64,000 nucleotides of DNA from Candidatus Uhrbacteria bacterium CG10_big_fil_rev_8_21_14_0_10_50_16. Its GTDB lineage: Bacteria > Patescibacteriota > Patescibacteriia > UBA9934 > UBA11717. Where the stretch lies: contig PCYM01000001.1 in assembly GCA_002774875.1 (NCBI GenBank), forward strand, positions 182,153-246,152. The letters are read 5' to 3'. Each line of letters starts with the position of its first letter. The first letter of the stretch is position 1. Of this stretch, positions 59,096-64,000 are shown one piece after another. The notes beneath the pieces were generated by a model. That model did no database searches, was not told the DNA's origin, and worked only from the letters and a program-made list of their open reading frames with translations. The position numbers and the translations under genes are program-made.

Positions 59096-59115
59096 ATGCT
59101 ATCACCCTCGTTTGA

Positions 59116-59484
59116 TCGTCATTGCGCGTTTCACGAAGCAATCTATTTATTCTTTCTCTCTCCTTTTTGTTTCGCCAAAAAGGAGGCAAAAAGCATCGTG
59201 TCTGTACGGCGTACTCGTGGGGACACGCTGAGGGAACTCGCGATTTTGCTCACGATCAGATCAGCTCTGATCAATCCAGCCCTTCGCCCCCGAGGATATG
59301 TGCGTTTTGAAAGACGAAGCCTATGCGGAGAATTATCAAAACACGCATGTCCGAAGATGAGCGAGTTCGGCGAAGGATTTAAGCGTGATGAATAATGCGG
59401 TTAAGGTCCCTAGGCGGGCTCGGGATGACGGATGGTTTGCTCACGATCTAATCTGTTTCAGACTTCGTCGGCGAAGGATTTAAG
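59116..59484 (+). repeat. Composite REP/MITE-like element, long copy
   Basis: CGTCAT...ATGACG inverted ends (59117/59430); internal direct repeats TTTGCTCACGATC and TCGGCGAAGGATTTAAG; 57/60 identity to 9615-9674. Confidence 0.8.
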
Positions 59485-59518
59485 AAATAAAAAACACCCG
59501 CGCGAGGCGGATGTTTTT

Positions 59519-59629
59519 TTAGACACGGTGCTTGTTGCTGCGAAGACTCTTTGCTGCCGTCTTTTTTGCGACACGCTTCAACTTTGGCAATTTTACGCCC
59601 GTTGAGGCACTTTTTCCTTTGCGAGACAT
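59519..59629 (-). CDS. Small highly basic protein (36 aa)
   Basis: MSRKGKSASTGVKLPKLKRVAKKTAAKSLRSNKHRV*; promoter TTGACT-N17-TATACT (59724-59696); terminator right after the stop. Confidence 0.7.
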   Translation of the reverse strand: MSRKGKSASTGVKLPKLKRVAKKTAAKSLRSNKHRV

Positions 59630-59716
59630 AGATGTATGTGAGTAGTGATCGTTCCACCCCGTAGATCTACGAGACAGAATCTGCTAATACGCCAGAGTAT
59701 AGGCCAAGAGACGGGT

Positions 59717-60037
59717 TTAGTCAAGCCTCTCGCGGACAAAGCGTTGAAACTCCTGTTTCATGCGTAAAATCTCGCGTTCCACCGTTGGTCCATCGTATTC
59801 CCCGCTATGCATATTAGAGCCTGCATAGCTGGCCTTTTTTTGATCAAGGTGCAGATCAAACGTTACGACTTTGTCGGTCTCCTTTACATACACATGGAAT
59901 CGCGGATAAAACTCTCCACCGATTTTCCGCGTATAACTCAACTTCCCCATTTTACGGTCGTAGTGTGGAGAATACCGAGCCGCACGCAATAAGCGTTCGG
60001 GTGTTCCCGGCAACGGTTGTGCAAAGTGAATCTTCAT
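59717..60037 (-). CDS. Conserved CPR-type hypothetical protein
   Basis: YPRFHVY...LHLDQKKASY.G...HSGEYDG. Confidence 0.8.
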   Translation of the reverse strand: MKIHFAQPLPGTPERLLRAARYSPHYDRKMGKLSYTRKIGGEFYPRFHVYVKETDKVVTFDLHLDQKKASYAGSNMHSGEYDGPTVEREILRMKQEFQRFVRERLD

Positions 60038-60082
60038 TTCTCTAGTATACCAAAACCCCAGACATGCCGGGGTTTTTGCTGT

Positions 60083-60367
60083 TTACAAGATTGCCTCTTT
60101 TGCGGCCTTGCTCAAACGGAATTTTACGACCGTCTTTGCAGGGATGCTGATTGCCTCACCTGTTGCTGGGTTGCGTCCCATGCGTGCGGCACGGTTCTGC
60201 TTAACGAGCTTTCCCAATCCTGGGAGCGTCAACTCACCTTTCCCACGAACCTCACCGTATACGAGGTCAACAAACTTCTCGTAACCTTCTGCGGCCTCCT
60301 TTTTGGAGAGTCCCCATGCTTCTGAAAGAGCTGCTGTAAACTGTGACTTGGTTAGTCCTGATGCCAT
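60083..60367 (-). CDS. hup: HU family DNA-binding protein
   Basis: LPGLGKL, RAARMGRNPATGE, VVKFR; terminator at 60052-60078. Confidence 0.95.
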   Translation of the reverse strand: MASGLTKSQFTAALSEAWGLSKKEAAEGYEKFVDLVYGEVRGKGELTLPGLGKLVKQNRAARMGRNPATGEAISIPAKTVVKFRLSKAAKEAIL

Positions 60368-60475
60368 AATCTAGCGGTTAAGAATGCTTCTTAGAGGGAG
60401 TGTACACCAAACGCTCAAAAACGCTAGGGTTTATCCACATTTGCCATACACGCTCCAAAAAAGCTGTCAACAAAA

Positions 60476-61966
60476 TTAATTTTTAGCGCGATCAGACAAT
60501 AACGCCGACAAATGTTGCTGAATACGATCGATCGCAAATTCTGATCCGTCTTCTAACTCCAGACTCCAAATCATGGACGTTGCGATCTCAATGGTTTGTT
60601 CTTCATTGAACGTCTCAAACCAAGAAATCGTGCTTTCAAGAATCGCGATCGTTTCCATTATTGTTTGTCGCTCCGTTGCCTCTTCGATTTGCTGCCAAAT
60701 CTGTTGATCTATTAATGGTTGCAGGGCATCTCGCGCACGATCCTTGTCGCCATTAACAAGCGCGTTATACGCATATGTTTCCTGCCGTTGAATGTAGGCA
60801 AGCAATGTGGGCTGTACATCGGTCACGGTGAACGACCGATCATAGGCTCGCAATCGCGCATAAAGCGTGGCAACTTGTTCTGCCGCCGCGTCTTCATTGT
60901 AATGAATATCCTGGGCATGTGGCGTAGTGGCTGGTGCTGTTCTGTGTGTAATCCGTTTTGTGTCTTCTCGTGCCTTGCTTGTCTGAGCCCACGCGATTAA
61001 TCCGCGCGCCACGTTATAGGGCATATCTGTATCAATTAGGTGATAGAGCGCAAACTGTGCCGTTTTGGGTAAGGCGTCCACCATGTCGATCCGATGCACG
61101 AGCAAATCCTCCAAAAATAATGACTGATTGTAGCTGCGTTGCACATCCCCAAGAGCGTAACTCTTTCTATGACGCAAATATTGCAGGGTGGTGGTTGGAT
61201 CATAGGAAAGCGCACGTAATACCCCTTGTGCCTGAGAGAATCCCACCAATACGCGATAGTCCACTGGTTGACCCGTGATCTTCTCCACGCGCGACACAAA
61301 CTCATCGACGCCCAAATATTCACACACGTTGGAGATGTATTGTTCCTTTGCCCAAGCGAGCGACACGACGTCTGGCTCTTCCTCTGGAACCAAGGTGGAT
61401 TCTTGCGGCAACAACGTCGGCGCCTCACTCTCGGAGACTTCTTGGTTTGTAAACCAAGCCGCTTCTTCTGCCTGCCGCTCTTCTTCCACACGTTTGAGAT
61501 CCACATCGACGGCGTCCAATAATTCCGTTTGCGGCGTCCAGTGTTCTTGTCGTGGGATATAGCTATACGTTCCGCGTGGGACATTCACAAACTCCACGGT
61601 GTCTTTAGCGGTGTCAATCGTGATTGAATGAATTGCGTCGCAGTGAACCTCCTTTGCCCCCTTGCGAGAATCCACCCCCACCACTAACACGGTCACTTTT
61701 TCGGGCGTCTCGATATCTGTGTCAACACCCAATAAACCCGCGATTTGCGAGGAAAGGCTCCAAGTAGACCCCTCATCGCACGACTGTGAAGAGCAGACAG
61801 GGACAACAAACACCACAACAAAGAGCGTTGTGGCAGCCATGAGAATCGCAATCCATTTTAACGGTTTAGCTGCTTTCATGTGTGGAATTAGCCCCATCAT
61901 AGCATTGCCGCCGTCAAACCCGCAAAAGACGGTCTCTTCTTCGAAACTCAAACATGTCTCTTCCAT
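60476..61966 (-). CDS. Membrane-anchored LCP (LytR-CpsA-Psr)-like protein
   Basis: TM followed by VLVVGVDSR...CDAI...NVPRGTY, LRHRKS...GD..RS.NQ; start uncertain. Confidence 0.72.
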   Translation of the reverse strand: MEETCLSFEEETVFCGFDGGNAMMGLIPHMKAAKPLKWIAILMAATTLFVVVFVVPVCSSQSCDEGSTWSLSSQIAGLLGVDTDIETPEKVTVLVVGVDSRKGAKEVHCDAIHSITIDTAKDTVEFVNVPRGTYSYIPRQEHWTPQTELLDAVDVDLKRVEEERQAEEAAWFTNQEVSESEAPTLLPQESTLVPEEEPDVVSLAWAKEQYISNVCEYLGVDEFVSRVEKITGQPVDYRVLVGFSQAQGVLRALSYDPTTTLQYLRHRKSYALGDVQRSYNQSLFLEDLLVHRIDMVDALPKTAQFALYHLIDTDMPYNVARGLIAWAQTSKAREDTKRITHRTAPATTPHAQDIHYNEDAAAEQVATLYARLRAYDRSFTVTDVQPTLLAYIQRQETYAYNALVNGDKDRARDALQPLIDQQIWQQIEEATERQTIMETIAILESTISWFETFNEEQTIEIATSMIWSLELEDGSEFAIDRIQQHLSALLSDRAKN

Positions 61967-62046
61967 AGTTGACAACACTGGCATTTTTTGATATGAATGA
62001 TAGGTACGTAGCCACAATGGTTGTGGTTGCAATGCGGAGGTGGGAC

Positions 62047-62259
62047 ATGACCTACAAGGATCTGCAGGAGCTGTACATGGAGATCGGCCTAACGGCCGAT
62101 CAGGCCCATGCGGCCATCATGGGCGTCGCGCAACTCATGCTGCGTGCCGCCACCGGACGCGACAACATCCACGCGATCGGCGCCGCGGGATTCATCCCGC
62201 GTAAGAGCACGATGGACAATCAGTGCCCCCTCCCCCGGCGGAGGACGGCGACGGCGTGA
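62047..62259 (+). CDS. Small GC-rich orphan resembling a degenerate HU/IHF body
   Basis: SD GGAGGT; TTGACA at 61969; terminator CCCTGAGAAGAG/CTCTTCTCAGGG; hydrophobic pattern aligns with HU helices 1-2 and strands 1-2. Confidence 0.62.
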   Translation: MTYKDLQELYMEIGLTADQAHAAIMGVAQLMLRAATGRDNIHAIGAAGFIPRKSTMDNQCPLPRRRTATA

Positions 62260-62344
62260 ACAACCTGAACAGCGACAACGTGTCGCCCTGAGAAGAGCCC
62301 TCTTCTCAGGGTGGCTCTTCGTTTTTAGGGTATACTGTCCAAAA

Positions 62345-63454
62345 ATGTCTATGCAAAAACTCCTCCTTCTCCTCTGCCTCCCCGTATTCATCCTGTTTGC
62401 GCGCCCCGTATACGCACAATCCTCACAAGAGATCCGCGCCACCGTCGACACCATTACCCTCGATGAAACCGTTAACGGGGTTAGACACGTCGTGTTTAGC
62501 GCAACAGACAAGGCAGGTGATCAATTTACCGTTGATAGCGGCGATTCCTATCTGCAGGGAATTAAATACAACATTCGCCCCGGACAAGACGTCTTATTGC
62601 AACTAGTGGATTTTGGCGACGGGTCACCCAGCACCGTTTTCCTTGTAGACGTCGTCCGTTTTAATGCACTCGTGCTCATCGGTCTCCTCTTTGCCCTGCT
62701 CACGATCGTCGTAGGCTACGCGCGCGGTGGGTTTGCGCTATTGGGGCTAGGCATTACAGTTGCCATTCTTTTTGGCTATATCTTGCCGCAAATTCTCGCA
62801 GGCCATAATCCCGTCCTCGTCACCATCCTTGGCTCGATCGTCATTCTCGCCGTCAACATGCACCTCACCCATGGTTGGAATAAACGCACCTGGTATGGAT
62901 TTTTAAGTACCGTTATCGGCCTCTTGTTTGTGTGGGGATTCGCCGAGGTCTTTGTGTGGTTTGCGCAACTTTCCGGTCTCGCCTCTGAGGAAGTTTCTCT
63001 GCTCTTCCTCACAACCGATCAAATCGCTCTCCCAACAGGGCTCCTGCTCGCTGGCATTATTTTAGGTGCCACGGGCGTGTTGGATGACATCGCCGTAACA
63101 CAAACAGAAACTGTTGAGGAATTAAAACAAACAGACCCCACGCTTTCGCAGAAGGATCTCTTTCTTAAAGCCATGAACATTGGACGGCACCACATTGCCT
63201 CCGTGGTCAACACGTTGGTTCTTGCTTACGCGGGTGTTGCCCTTCCAATTTTTCTCCTATTTTACCTTCGTGAAGATATGAGCATTTGGCGGTTCATTAA
63301 CGAGGAGCTTGTGGCTGAGGAGATGATTCGCACGCTTGCGGGCACTATGGCGCTCATCTTACTCGTTCCTATCTCCACGTGGATGGCAACCTTGGTGCAC
63401 GGAGAATCTGCACACCATTACACAACCGCCAAGAAGTCCGCACACACGCACTAA
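62345..63454 (+). CDS. YibE/F family membrane protein
   Basis: AGIILGATGVLDDIAVTQ, IGRHHIASVVNTLVLAYAG. Confidence 0.92.
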   Translation: MSMQKLLLLLCLPVFILFARPVYAQSSQEIRATVDTITLDETVNGVRHVVFSATDKAGDQFTVDSGDSYLQGIKYNIRPGQDVLLQLVDFGDGSPSTVFLVDVVRFNALVLIGLLFALLTIVVGYARGGFALLGLGITVAILFGYILPQILAGHNPVLVTILGSIVILAVNMHLTHGWNKRTWYGFLSTVIGLLFVWGFAEVFVWFAQLSGLASEEVSLLFLTTDQIALPTGLLLAGIILGATGVLDDIAVTQTETVEELKQTDPTLSQKDLFLKAMNIGRHHIASVVNTLVLAYAGVALPIFLLFYLREDMSIWRFINEELVAEEMIRTLAGTMALILLVPISTWMATLVHGESAHHYTTAKKSAHTH

Positions 63455-63924
63455 TAATGATACGTCTTGCCGGCTAAAATCGTCATGGCTCGGTAGAGTT
63501 GCTCCGTGAGCATAACCAGCGCAAGATCGTGCGGGTAAGTTTGTTTAGACAATGCAAACGTTTTATCGGCAGATCGTTTAACCACATCTGCTAATCCCAA
63601 CGGCCCACCCACAATAAACGCCAAGTGCTGCGTTTGCTGTTCGGCCAATGTGTCGATCCACTCAGCAAGCTCCGTTGAATTGGGTTCTCGGCCATCGGCG
63701 TCCATCACAATTGGACGTGCGTCACTAGGGAGTATCGACGCGATTTTCTCGGCCTCCACCGACAAAACGTATTCACGCTCCTTGGCTGTACCAAATTTTT
63801 CCTCCTTCACTTCCAATAATTCCACCTGCGCGAATGGAGATAACCGCTTCAGATACCCGTCCACAAGCTCCTGATGTGGACCGTTTTTTAATTTTCCAAC
63901 GTGAATGATTGTAAATTTATACAT
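63451..63924 (-). CDS. rlmH: 23S rRNA (pseudouridine1915-N3)-methyltransferase
   Basis: VGKLK, FIVGGPLG, LSKQTYPH, EQLYRA.TI..G..YHY. Confidence 0.96.
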   Translation of the reverse strand: MYKFTIIHVGKLKNGPHQELVDGYLKRLSPFAQVELLEVKEEKFGTAKEREYVLSVEAEKIASILPSDARPIVMDADGREPNSTELAEWIDTLAEQQTQHLAFIVGGPLGLADVVKRSADKTFALSKQTYPHDLALVMLTEQLYRAMTILAGKTYHY

Positions 63925-64000
63925 AGAGTATTTTGAAATAGATACGCCCCAACATTCTACCGTTCGTTGACGAAATGAGCGAATTATGGTAAATCCCGGG

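Noticed and set aside
59096-59395. 99-aa ORF after murD and the similar 60-aa ORF at 9533-9715
   Set aside because: The shared peptide comes from the DNA repeat; ORF boundaries differ between the copies
60431-60439. Replication origin at the perfect DnaA box
   Set aside because: Single box with no cluster, AT-rich unwinding element or dnaA gene nearby
1-64000. CRISPR array, prophage, integron, intein or recoded TGA
   Set aside because: No regularly spaced repeats, phage or integrase genes, attC sites or intein motifs seen; core genes are intact under code 11

Overview
A 64-kb chromosomal window that reads like a Patescibacteria (CPR) genome, probably class ABY1 (Uhrbacteria/Magasanikbacteria-like). 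This is inferred from CPR-type conserved hypotheticals, a solitary VirD4/TraD-like ATPase and very tight packing; TGA is used as stop. Core content: alaS (5' part), murJ, era, dusB, dnaX, corA, cysS, hrcA-grpE-dnaK-(orf)-dnaJ with a CIRCE, a CPA2 antiporter, murF, an ftsI-type PBP, class II nrdJ with tandem NrdR boxes, GH1/GH-A glycosidases, murL-murD2, HU, rlmH, tRNA-Gln(CTG) and tRNA-Glu(CTC). Unexplained structure: (1) a ~650-bp non-coding block upstream of cysS that looks like two tandem, independently promoted and terminated, highly structured RNAs (~180 and ~370 nt) that I cannot match to a known family; (2) about nine mostly GC-rich, self-contained single-gene cassettes (TTGAC promoter, Shine-Dalgarno, usually a terminator) between near-leaderless native genes. 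By eye these include a degenerate HU, an RNAP alpha-CTD-like protein, a Pyr4/XiaE-like membrane terpene cyclase homolog and a MYG1/DHH-like protein; (3) a REP/MITE-like repeat in two copies; (4) a tRNA-Gln 3'-end duplication; (5) an unannotated 36-aa basic protein with its own promoter and terminator. No CRISPR array, rRNA, integrase or transposase was seen. All homology calls come from reading motifs, not from database searches.
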